Source of the DNA: Luminiphilus sp.
GTDB lineage: Bacteria; Pseudomonadota; Gammaproteobacteria; Pseudomonadales; Halieaceae
Direction: 5' to 3'
DNA length: 35,748 nt
Assembly (NCBI GenBank): GCA_029251065.1
Contig: JAQXEB010000247.1
Coordinates: 1-35,748 of the forward strand
Of this stretch, positions 10,721 to 18,722 are shown piece by piece. Numbering within the stretch: the first letter of the stretch is position 1; each line of letters begins with the position of its first letter. The translations under genes and the position numbers were made by a program. The notes beneath the pieces are model-generated. The model saw nothing but the letters and a program-made list of their open reading frames with translations. It ran no database searches and was not told where the DNA came from.

Positions 10721-10764
10721 GGGTATCTCCTGATAATTCGGGTGTTGGGAACAGTGCGACGCGG

Positions 10765-10793
10765 ATTTTCATCCTCTCATGAGCAAACTGCAA
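10765..10793 (-). promoter_or_regulatory. Putative sigma70 promoter for mdh
   Basis: Minus strand reads TTGCAG-17 bp-GAAAAT upstream of mdh. Motif match only. Confidence 0.35.
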
Positions 10794-10835
10794 GTGCGTT
10801 TTACGCAGGTATTATGTTTATTCAGGTCAGTAATT

Positions 10836-10864
10836 TTGCTTCGGCAACCGCCTAGAACTATCAT
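10836..10864 (+). promoter_or_regulatory. Putative sigma70 promoter for ttcA-ccm operon
   Basis: TTGCTT (10836-10841)-17 bp-TATCAT (10859-10864), 26 bp before the ttcA ATG. Confidence 0.5.
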
Positions 10865-10890
10865 CCGCGTTTTAGATTTGTGATCTGAGC

Positions 10891-11793
10891 ATGAGTCAAA
10901 CCTCCAAATGGGCAGAAGACGACACGCCCCGCGAGCATCAGCCGCTTGCCGCTGACCGCCGTAAGTTGTCTTACAGCCATAATAAGGTGCGAAAACGTCT
11001 GCGCCGATTAGTCGGGCAGGCGATTGCAGACTACAACATGATCGAAGAGGGTGATCGTGTCATGGTGTGTCTCTCGGGCGGGAAAGACTCTTACACAATG
11101 CTCGATATTCTTTTGCAGTTGCAGCGCAGCGCGCCGATTGAGTTTGAAATTATTGCAGTCAACCTCGATCAGAAACAGCCTGATTTTCCTGAGGAGATTC
11201 TGCCTGAATACCTCGAATCAATAGGTGTCGCCTACTATGTTCTAGAACGGGATACCTACAGTGTTGTGCGCTCGGTGATTCCCGAAGGTAAAACCACCTG
11301 TGGGCTTTGCAGTAGGCTGCGCCGAGGCACGTTGTATGGTTTTGCGGAGAGCATTGGTGCGCATAAAATCGCACTGGGGCACCATCGTGATGACATTGTG
11401 GAAACACTCTTCCTCAATATGTTCTTTGGCGGCAAGCTCAAGGCTATGCCTCCGAAGTTACTGAGTGATGACCGGAAGAATGTGGTTATCCGTCCGTTGG
11501 CGTACTGCAAAGAGACCGACATCGAAGCTTACGCATCGTACGAGGCGTATCCGATTATCCCCTGTAACTTATGTGGTTCTCAGGAGAACTTGCAGCGTGC
11601 TGAAGTGAAACGCATGCTTCGTGATTGGGAGCGGCAGTACCCCGGGCGGACAGAGACGATTTTCAAGTCAATCCGCAATGTTGCGCCTTCTCAACTTGCC
11701 GACCGTGAATTATTCGACTTTGAGACCTTAAGCGTCGGACGAGAAGCAATGAGTGACGCCATCCTACCGATCATCAAAACGGTGTCATTGTGA
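10891..11793 (+). CDS. ttcA: tRNA 2-thiocytidine(32) synthetase
   Basis: PP-loop [23 protein letters not shown], second CxxC (CNLCGSQ). Confidence 0.97.
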   Translation: MSQTSKWAEDDTPREHQPLAADRRKLSYSHNKVRKRLRRLVGQAIADYNMIEEGDRVMVCLSGGKDSYTMLDILLQLQRSAPIEFEIIAVNLDQKQPDFPEEILPEYLESIGVAYYVLERDTYSVVRSVIPEGKTTCGLCSRLRRGTLYGFAESIGAHKIALGHHRDDIVETLFLNMFFGGKLKAMPPKLLSDDRKNVVIRPLAYCKETDIEAYASYEAYPIIPCNLCGSQENLQRAEVKRMLRDWERQYPGRTETIFKSIRNVAPSQLADRELFDFETLSVGREAMSDAILPIIKTVSL

Positions 11794-12392
11794 CTGAACC
11801 CTTGCTAATGGCCCATGAGCTCTCTATTCAAAAGGGGGTGCGGGCCTTACTCAGTAATGTGAGCCTAACGGTGAATCAGGGCGATGTGTGGCAGCTTGCG
11901 GGAGGAAATGGCGTCGGAAAGACCTCGCTACTCCGGGCCTTTGCTAGGCTTGCGCGTATCGAAGTTTTTGGGCGGTTGGAGCGGTGCGAGGATGTACTCT
12001 ACAGTGGTCATTCTGCCGCATTGAAGGGCGCGTTAACGCCGAGACAAAACTTGATGACGCACCCGTCTGGGTTGAATGCGCCAAGCGACATGGCGATCGA
12101 CACAGCGCTTGAAGCCGTCGGGGTTCTCAGTCACGCCGATGTTCAGACCGCGCGTCTGTCGGCAGGCCAAAAGCGGCGAGTGGCCCTCGCGCGGCTTTTT
12201 TTACCCTCGCCCCGCCTTTGGCTGCTTGACGAACCCTTTACCGCACTCGATGTGCAGGGTGTCAAAGTCTTGGAAGCGCGTTTTTTGGAGCACGCGCGCA
12301 GTGGCGGTGCAGTCGTATTCACCAGTCACCAGTCGGCTGCTTTGGGTGATGAGCTCAAAGTGTTGAATTTGGAGCACTACTGCGGTGACTGA
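11790..12392 (+). CDS. ccmA: Heme ABC exporter ATP-binding protein CcmA
   Basis: Walker [31 protein letters not shown]. First gene of the ccm cluster. Confidence 0.92.
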   Translation: MTEPLLMAHELSIQKGVRALLSNVSLTVNQGDVWQLAGGNGVGKTSLLRAFARLARIEVFGRLERCEDVLYSGHSAALKGALTPRQNLMTHPSGLNAPSDMAIDTALEAVGVLSHADVQTARLSAGQKRRVALARLFLPSPRLWLLDEPFTALDVQGVKVLEARFLEHARSGGAVVFTSHQSAALGDELKVLNLEHYCGD

Positions 12393-13080
12393 TCAGGCGG
12401 GCATCGATACTCTTCAATACTTGAGAGGTCAAACCGCTCGACATGTTCGTTTGCAGCTTGCCTCTCCCAGCGAGATCGTAAATCCGCTGCTCTTCTTTTT
12501 GTTAGTCGTTATTTTATTTCCCTTGGGCTTGGGGCCGGATCCCGAGCGACTGGCGTTGTTGGCTCCCGGTATTTTGTGGGTTGTGGCCTTGCTGGCGAAT
12601 CTAATGATCTGCATGCGGTTATTTGTGGATGATTTTGAGGACGGCAGTCTGGAGCAATTGGCGATGGCCAGCATGCCGCTTGCGTTGTCCGTCATACCCC
12701 AACTACTCGCCGCGTGGATGACGGGTGGACTTGTGCTGAGTCTCGCTGCGCCATTATTTGGAATGATGTTGGGTTTACCTGTCTCAGCCGCTCCTGTTTT
12801 GGTGGCGAGTTTATTGATGGGGACTGCCATTATGTTACTGCTGGGTGCGGTCGGTGCCGCACTCACCGTGGGCGTGCGTAGGGGTGGCATATTACTCGCC
12901 CTGCTGATCTTGCCGTTGTATATACCGGTACTCATCGCGGGGACGCGAGCGCTCGACGAGGCGCTGCACTCAGGTGACCCTGCGGTTGCGCTGGCTTTTC
13001 TCGGTGCCGGTGTGACTGGGGGACTGCTGCTGGCACCGCTGGCGATTGCCGCTGGACTGAGAGTGTCTTTAGAGCTGTGA
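12385..13080 (+). CDS. ccmB: Heme exporter permease CcmB
   Basis: NPLLFF, LFPLGLGP, APGILWV, DFEDGSLEQL, LLILPLYIPVLI. Confidence 0.95.
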   Translation: MTDQAGIDTLQYLRGQTARHVRLQLASPSEIVNPLLFFLLVVILFPLGLGPDPERLALLAPGILWVVALLANLMICMRLFVDDFEDGSLEQLAMASMPLALSVIPQLLAAWMTGGLVLSLAAPLFGMMLGLPVSAAPVLVASLLMGTAIMLLLGAVGAALTVGVRRGGILLALLILPLYIPVLIAGTRALDEALHSGDPAVALAFLGAGVTGGLLLAPLAIAAGLRVSLEL

Positions 13081-13119
13081 TGACCCCCATTTTTGACGTT
13101 TAACGGATATACTCACTTT

Positions 13120-13854
13120 ATGTGGCGCATTATTCATCAATTAGGATCCCCTCCTTGGGTTTATCGGTTTTGTGACCGGGTAATTCCCTGGCTCCTGCCC
13201 TTGACCGCGGTTGCATTGATCGTCGGCAGTACGTGGGGTTTGTTGTTCGCGCCAACCGATTACAAGCAGGGAGATTCCTATCGAATCATTTACATTCATG
13301 TGCCTGCTGCAGTGGTGTCACTAGCCGGTTATTACATTATGGCGTTTGCGGGTTTAGTAAGCCTGGTTTGGCGGATTAAACTGGCGGATCTTGCGATGAG
13401 GGCGGCTGCGCCGATTGGCGCGGCGTTTACTGCGGTGGCGCTGATCACTGGTGCGATTTGGGGCAAGCCCACTTGGGGTGCCTGGTGGGTGTGGGATGCT
13501 CGCGTGACATCGATGCTCATTTTGTTTTTTTTGTACGTGGGTGTCATTGCACTGTTTGAGGCCTATGACAATAAAACAATTGCCGCACGCGCCTGCGCAA
13601 TTTTGAGTTTGGTTGGAACCGTTAATATTCCCATCATTTATAAATCTGTTGATTGGTGGTATTCGCTGCATCAGCCGGCATCGATTAAGTTTACGGGTAG
13701 CTCAGCCATTGATGCGTCGATGCTGTATCCGTTGTTGGGCATGATCGTGGCGTTCTACGCGTTGTTTGCACTGCTCCTGATGCTTAATCTCAAACAGTCA
13801 CTGACGTCTGAGTATGCGCAGTCCAATTGGTTGATCAAAAGGATAACGACCTAG
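13120..13854 (+). CDS. ccmC: Heme exporter / heme chaperone loader CcmC
   Basis: WWD domain WGKPTWGAWWVWDARVT with His ligands in YIHVP and SLHQ. Start placed at ATG 13120 (MWRIIHQLGSP). Confidence 0.97.
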   Translation: MWRIIHQLGSPPWVYRFCDRVIPWLLPLTAVALIVGSTWGLLFAPTDYKQGDSYRIIYIHVPAAVVSLAGYYIMAFAGLVSLVWRIKLADLAMRAAAPIGAAFTAVALITGAIWGKPTWGAWWVWDARVTSMLILFFLYVGVIALFEAYDNKTIAARACAILSLVGTVNIPIIYKSVDWWYSLHQPASIKFTGSSAIDASMLYPLLGMIVAFYALFALLLMLNLKQSLTSEYAQSNWLIKRITT

Positions 13855-14055
13855 CCATGCAGTTTGATTCGTTTGCCGCAGCAGTAACAATGGGTGGGCA
13901 CGGCGGTTTTGTTTGGGCGGCTTACGCCATTACCTTCGTCGTGATTCTCGTGATGATCGTGCGCCCAGTGATGAATACTCGATCCATGAAAGGCACGATT
14001 CAGCGAGAGTTTGATCGTAAACAGGCTCATGAAAAGGATGCTTCCTAGCCATGCA
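13837..14055 (+). repeat. Imperfect direct repeat AAAAGGAT-N4/5-CCTAGCCATGCA flanking ccmD (copies 13837-13861 and 14032-14055)
   Basis: Read directly: AAAAGGATaacgaCCTAGCCATGCA and AAAAGGATgcttCCTAGCCATGCA. Confidence 0.8.
13857..14048 (+). CDS. ccmD: Heme exporter protein CcmD
   Basis: 63 aa: [12 protein letters not shown], one TM segment and a charged tail, located between ccmC and ccmE. Confidence 0.9.
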   Translation: MQFDSFAAAVTMGGHGGFVWAAYAITFVVILVMIVRPVMNTRSMKGTIQREFDRKQAHEKDAS

Positions 14056-14494
14056 CCCCAAGCGAAAACAGCGACTTATTATGGTCTTGGTCGTTGTGGT
14101 GTTATCCAGCGCCACGATTGGTCTCATCGCCTATGCACTGCGCGGCAACATTAATCTATTTTACTCCCCGTCGGAGGTTGCGACGGGAGAGGCGCCGGTG
14201 GATCGTCAGATCCGTGTGGGCGGGATGGTCGTCGAGGGCAGTGTTAAACGGGCGAGCGACCGTTTAGAGACCCGCTTTGCGGTGACAGACTATGCCCACG
14301 CGATCACGGTATCGTACGACGGAATTCTCCCCGACTTATTCGCTGAGGGTGAAGGGGTTGTGGCCACCGGGGTTTTGGGCCCAGATGGGACCGTGACAGC
14401 GACGGAGGTACTCGCAAAGCACGATGAGAACTACATGCCCCCTGAAGTGGCTGAGGCGCTCGAGAATGCTCGCGCTACTGAGGTGCAACCGTGA
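14051..14494 (+). CDS. ccmE: Heme chaperone CcmE
   Basis: N-terminal [17 protein letters not shown], heme-binding [12 protein letters not shown]. Confidence 0.97.
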   Translation: MHPKRKQRLIMVLVVVVLSSATIGLIAYALRGNINLFYSPSEVATGEAPVDRQIRVGGMVVEGSVKRASDRLETRFAVTDYAHAITVSYDGILPDLFAEGEGVVATGVLGPDGTVTATEVLAKHDENYMPPEVAEALENARATEVQP

Positions 14495-16464
14495 TACCTG
14501 AAGCCGGACAGCTGGCATTGATTATTGCGCTTTGCCTTGCGTCACTCCTTGCAGTCGTGCCGATGGTTGGCGCGTGGCAGGGTCAACGCTGGGCGATGAA
14601 TATGGCCCCCAGTCTTGCAGCCGGTCTTTTTGTATTTTTGACGATCGCTTTCCTGTGCCTGGTGGTGGTTTTTTTACAAGATGATTTTTCAGTCAAGGTC
14701 GTGGCGAGCAACTCGAACTCCTTGCTACCTCAGATCTACAAGTTTTCTGCGGTCTGGGGTAACCACGAGGGCTCGCTCTTACTCTGGGTCTGGATACTGG
14801 GTGCTTGGGCGTTGGCAGTATCGTTTGCCAGTCGCGGACTGCCGCTGGTGGTGCTGGCGCGCGTGCTCAGCATCCTTGGTGTGATCGGTGTTGGTTTTAT
14901 CGCCTTTTCGCTCTTCACATCGAATCCTTTTGAGCGATTACTTCCCGGCGTCGCTGCCGAGGGCAATGATCTAAATCCATTGCTACAGGATCCAGGGCTG
15001 ATTATTCATCCACCACTGCTTTACATGGGCTATGTGGGTTTAGCGGTTCCGTTTGCGTTCGCAGTGGCAGCACTACTGGGTGGGCGTTTGGACGCATCGT
15101 GGGCGCGGTGGTCACGTCCATGGACTAATGTTGCTTGGGCGTTTTTGACGCTGGGGATCATGCTTGGCAGTTGGTGGGCGTATTACGAATTAGGTTGGGG
15201 TGGCTGGTGGTTTTGGGATCCGGTTGAAAATGCATCCTTCATGCCTTGGCTGGTCGGGACAGCGCTTATCCACAGCCTGGCGGTAACCGAAAAACGCGGG
15301 CTGTTCAGGTCGTGGACCGTTCTTTTGGCAATATCCGCATTTTCACTGTCCTTACTCGGTACGTTTTTGGTGCGTTCAGGCGTGCTGACTTCCGTTCACG
15401 CGTTTGCCGCAGATCCCGAACGGGGACTCTTCATCTTGGTGTTTTTAGTCTTGGTGGTGGGCGGTTCGCTGACGCTCTTTGCATTCAGAGCGCCGTCGGT
15501 GGCAAGCCCGATTAGCTATGAGCTTGAGTCCCGCGAGTCCCTATTGTTAGTCAACAACCTCATTTTTGCGGTCTCGGCGATCGTTGTTTTACTCGGAACG
15601 TTGTTTCCGCTGTTAATGGACGCGCTCGGGCAAGGCAAGTACTCCGTTGGCCCCCCGTACTTCAACGCGGTTTTCGTGCCAGCCATGGCCTTAGTTGCGC
15701 CCTTTATGGCCGTGGGACCGATATCGCGATGGAAGCGTGACGAAGCCACGCGTTGGATCAGCGAACTTGGTTTTCCCGCCTTGATCTGTGTGATTGTCGC
15801 GATGGTGGTGCCTTACCTTGGTATCGGCCGACTCAACCTCTGGGCGTGCTTGGCTGTTTTGCTGTCGGGATGGGTCGTATCGGGACTAATTCGTGATCTT
15901 CAACAACGGACGCGCGGTGTGACGGATGTGCGAACCTTTATGAGGCGTCTTACGCCATCTTATGTGGGTATGTTGACCGCGCATTTTGGTTTTGCCCTCA
16001 CCCTTACCGGCGCTGTTTTTGTAACGCAGTTTAGTGCCGAACGTGATTTGCGAATGGAAGCGGGGGACAGTGTCGCGCTGAATAACTACAGGTTCACTCT
16101 TGAAGAGGTGACCGTGGTCGAGGGACCTAATTACAGTGCCGACCGAGGGATTTTTTCCGTTACTCTTGATGGAGAAATGTTCACAACAATGATGCCCGAA
16201 AAGCGGCGTTATGTGGCCAGCGGTCAGATTATGACCGAAGCGGCGATTGATGCGGGTGTGATGCGCGACCTGTACCTCGCACTCGGTGAGCCTTTGGGTG
16301 ATGGTGCTTGGTCGGTTCGAGTGCAGCACAAGCCCATGATTCGGTGGATTTGGTTTGGTGCCTTACTGATTGGGCTGGGCGGTCTGACCACGGCCCTGGA
16401 CCGTCGTTATCGTCGCGGTCGTCCCGCGACGGTGCCCCAGGAGACCCTCGGTCTTGCTTCTTAA
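14491..16464 (+). CDS. ccmF: Cytochrome c heme lyase subunit CcmF
   Basis: [42 protein letters not shown]. Confidence 0.98.
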   Translation: MIPEAGQLALIIALCLASLLAVVPMVGAWQGQRWAMNMAPSLAAGLFVFLTIAFLCLVVVFLQDDFSVKVVASNSNSLLPQIYKFSAVWGNHEGSLLLWVWILGAWALAVSFASRGLPLVVLARVLSILGVIGVGFIAFSLFTSNPFERLLPGVAAEGNDLNPLLQDPGLIIHPPLLYMGYVGLAVPFAFAVAALLGGRLDASWARWSRPWTNVAWAFLTLGIMLGSWWAYYELGWGGWWFWDPVENASFMPWLVGTALIHSLAVTEKRGLFRSWTVLLAISAFSLSLLGTFLVRSGVLTSVHAFAADPERGLFILVFLVLVVGGSLTLFAFRAPSVASPISYELESRESLLLVNNLIFAVSAIVVLLGTLFPLLMDALGQGKYSVGPPYFNAVFVPAMALVAPFMAVGPISRWKRDEATRWISELGFPALICVIVAMVVPYLGIGRLNLWACLAVLLSGWVVSGLIRDLQQRTRGVTDVRTFMRRLTPSYVGMLTAHFGFALTLTGAVFVTQFSAERDLRMEAGDSVALNNYRFTLEEVTVVEGPNYSADRGIFSVTLDGEMFTTMMPEKRRYVASGQIMTEAAIDAGVMRDLYLALGEPLGDGAWSVRVQHKPMIRWIWFGALLIGLGGLTTALDRRYRRGRPATVPQETLGLAS

Positions 16465-16972
16465 ACGCTTTCTGCCGCTAGCGGCGTTCGCTGCCTTGGT
16501 GCTCTTGCTGGTGCGCGGCTTGGCCCTCGATCCTACTGCTTTGCCTTCAGCTCGCGTGGGCCAGCCCTTACCTGAGTTTGATTTGCAGGTGTTGGGGGGC
16601 GAGTACCGTCGAAGCGCCGGTCAATGGCGGGGGCAGCCTGCGCTGCTCAATGTTTGGGCGACATGGTGTTTCTCTTGCCGCGTAGAGCATCCCTATCTCC
16701 TCGATTTAGCGGAGAACGGTGTGACGATCTACGGCCTTAACTACAAGGATGATCCGGTGAAAGCACTCACCTGGCTTCAGGAGTTGGGTAATCCCTACGC
16801 CGAAACGGTAGTGGATATTAACGGTGATTTTGGTTTTGATTTAGGGGTGTACGGCGCGCCAGAAACCTATGTCATTGACGCTGCGGGAACGGTGCAACAT
16901 CGGCACGTGGGTGTGGTCGATGAACGAGTTTGGACCGAACAGCTAGCACCCTTCTTCGAGGGTGGGTCATGA
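16454..16972 (+). CDS. ccmG: Thiol:disulfide interchange protein CcmG/DsbE
   Basis: N-terminal anchor, NVWATWCFSCRVEHP (CxxC), GLNYKD, GVYGAPET. TTG start with AGGAG at 16439-16443. Confidence 0.95.
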   Translation: MLLKRFLPLAAFAALVLLLVRGLALDPTALPSARVGQPLPEFDLQVLGGEYRRSAGQWRGQPALLNVWATWCFSCRVEHPYLLDLAENGVTIYGLNYKDDPVKALTWLQELGNPYAETVVDINGDFGFDLGVYGAPETYVIDAAGTVQHRHVGVVDERVWTEQLAPFFEGGS

Positions 16973-17433
16973 CATTATTCCGCTGGTTATTACTGAGCCT
17001 TGCGCTCTCCTCAGCTGCAGCATTGGGTGTCATTGAGACGTATGAGTTTAGTTCGCCCGCGCTTGAGGCGCGTTACAAGGCCTTGAGTCAGGAGCTTCGA
17101 TGCCCTAAGTGTCAAAATCAAAACATTGCCGATTCTAATGCGCCGATTTCGCGTGATTTGCGTGCGATCGTCCATGAAAAACTCGAGACGGGCGCTACCG
17201 ATAGTGAAATTATCGATTTTTTGGTTGATCGCTACGGCGAGTTTGTTCGATACCGTCCCGGGCTAGACCGCAATACCCTTTGGCTGTGGTCGGCGCCGCT
17301 GATTTTATTGTTAATGGCGGTGGCGGTTGTGCTGTTACAAATTCGGAGGGATCGTGCCAGTGCGATGTCGCCTGTTCAGCAGGCGCGTGCCGAGGCACTG
17401 CGCCAAAAGTTTCAGGACGAGGCGCAGCAGTGA
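16969..17433 (+). CDS. ccmH: Cytochrome c biogenesis protein CcmH
   Basis: LRCPKCQNQNIADSNA, RYGEFVRYRP, C-terminal TM. ATGA overlap with the ccmG stop gives start 16969. Confidence 0.95.
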   Translation: MTLFRWLLLSLALSSAAALGVIETYEFSSPALEARYKALSQELRCPKCQNQNIADSNAPISRDLRAIVHEKLETGATDSEIIDFLVDRYGEFVRYRPGLDRNTLWLWSAPLILLLMAVAVVLLQIRRDRASAMSPVQQARAEALRQKFQDEAQQ

Positions 17434-18620
17434 GTGACTTAATGCTGATTACAGTAGGGCTTTGTGGGCTTGCAGCACTGTTCGTACTGGTACTTCCTCG
17501 GGTTTGGACGCGTCGTGTTGAAGGGGAGTCAGTGGATGATTGGCTGTCTGTGCGCCAAGCTGAAACCGACGATGTCTCTCTATTAACTGATGCCCAACTG
17601 AGAGCTTGGGATGATAAAGATCAAAAGGGTGACAATCTCGTGGTTCGTGGTGCGAGCCAGCGTTGGGGGTATCAAGTGGCACTTGCGTGTCTGCTTGTCG
17701 CCTTTACGGTGGCGATGTATGACCGACTGGGGGCCTATGAAGACGTGCAAATTGCGCGAGCTATCGCCAGCCTGGAATCAGCCACACCTGACGAGGTGAC
17801 GACGCTTATTACACGTATCGAGGCTCGATCCTCACAGCGCCCACAGAATTTGGACTACCACTCGTTACTTGGCGAATATTACATCGCAACGGGTAATGCG
17901 GTGGACGCGCTGCAAAACTTTGAGGCTATTTTAGCAGAGGCCCCTGATGCCCCGGACGTACTTGGGCGCGCGGCTCAGGCGGAATTTGTTGCTAACGGGC
18001 AAGTCCTGACGCCGAGGGCGCAGCAGCGAGCGGAGCAGGCCTTGGCTTCAGATCCAAGACAAAAATCGGCCTTGGCAACTCTGGCTATGGGCTCTTTTGG
18101 CGCAGGTCAATACCTTGAAGCCGTTGGGTACATGAGGGTGTTGCGCGATCTCGAAGTTCCGGGATCAGAGGCGTTTGAGTTAATGCGGTCGGCGATTGTT
18201 GAAGCCGAACGTCGCTTATCCGAGTCGGTGCAAGCCAGTGGATTACCGCAGTCTTCCGAATCCGCTACGAGCTCAGTGAAACTGGGTGTTACGGTTGAGT
18301 TGGAAGAGGGCTTGGTACCCGAGGCCTACCAGGGGCTGACGCTGTTCGTAATCGCGCGCCCAGCAGGTAGTCAGGTGCGAATGCCAACGGCGGTGTCCAA
18401 GCAAGAGGTGGTGACCTGGCCGGTGTCACTGAGTCTATCGGACGCAAACAGTATGGCAGGACAGGCCCTATCGTCACTGGAGCGTGTGGACTTGGAAGTT
18501 CAGTTGTCTAAAACGGGTCAGCCTGGGCTTTCAAATGCCTTGCTCACAGGCGCAGTGAGGGATATTTCTTTGATCGATTCTTCGAGCGTTGTCATGACTT
18601 TACGAGATAACGCGCAATAA
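17430..18620 (+). CDS. ccmI: Cytochrome c biogenesis protein CcmI/CycH (TPR, apocytochrome chaperone)
   Basis: Two N-terminal TMs, YxxLG, TPR-like helices, C-terminal TLFVIAR..MP.AV..LSDANSM domain. GTGA overlap with ccmH gives start 17430. Confidence 0.88.
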   Translation: MSDLMLITVGLCGLAALFVLVLPRVWTRRVEGESVDDWLSVRQAETDDVSLLTDAQLRAWDDKDQKGDNLVVRGASQRWGYQVALACLLVAFTVAMYDRLGAYEDVQIARAIASLESATPDEVTTLITRIEARSSQRPQNLDYHSLLGEYYIATGNAVDALQNFEAILAEAPDAPDVLGRAAQAEFVANGQVLTPRAQQRAEQALASDPRQKSALATLAMGSFGAGQYLEAVGYMRVLRDLEVPGSEAFELMRSAIVEAERRLSESVQASGLPQSSESATSSVKLGVTVELEEGLVPEAYQGLTLFVIARPAGSQVRMPTAVSKQEVVTWPVSLSLSDANSMAGQALSSLERVDLEVQLSKTGQPGLSNALLTGAVRDISLIDSSSVVMTLRDNAQ

Positions 18621-18624
18621 CCCT

Positions 18625-18674
18625 TATTTGTATATAGTGTTGGCAGATCTTTCTAGGTACACTACATCTAGTGT
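18625..18674. promoter_or_regulatory. Tandem NrdR-box-like palindromes upstream of smc
   Basis: ACACTACATCTAGTGT (18659-18674) fits the NrdR consensus acaCwAtATaTwGtgt at all strongly conserved positions. TATTTGTATATAGTGT (18625-18640) is a half-degenerate second box. Confidence 0.7.
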
Positions 18675-18722
18675 TTTTGATGGGAAGACGGCCGCGATTG
18701 CCGCGCCGTAATTTGAGGGCTG

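Noticed and set aside
11790-12392. ccmA as a degraded gene (short segment after Walker A)
   Set aside because: Intact 200-aa frame with Walker A, signature, Walker B and H-loop present.
17280-17429. Cys-rich N-terminal extension of CcmI (GGGGCAVT..CQCDVACSAGAC)
   Set aside because: Off-frame read of the ccmH 3' end. The GTGA overlap at 17430 gives a normal CcmI start.
18628-18643. LexA (SOS) box upstream of smc
   Set aside because: The TATATA core lacks the CTG...CAG ends. The NrdR consensus fits the region better.
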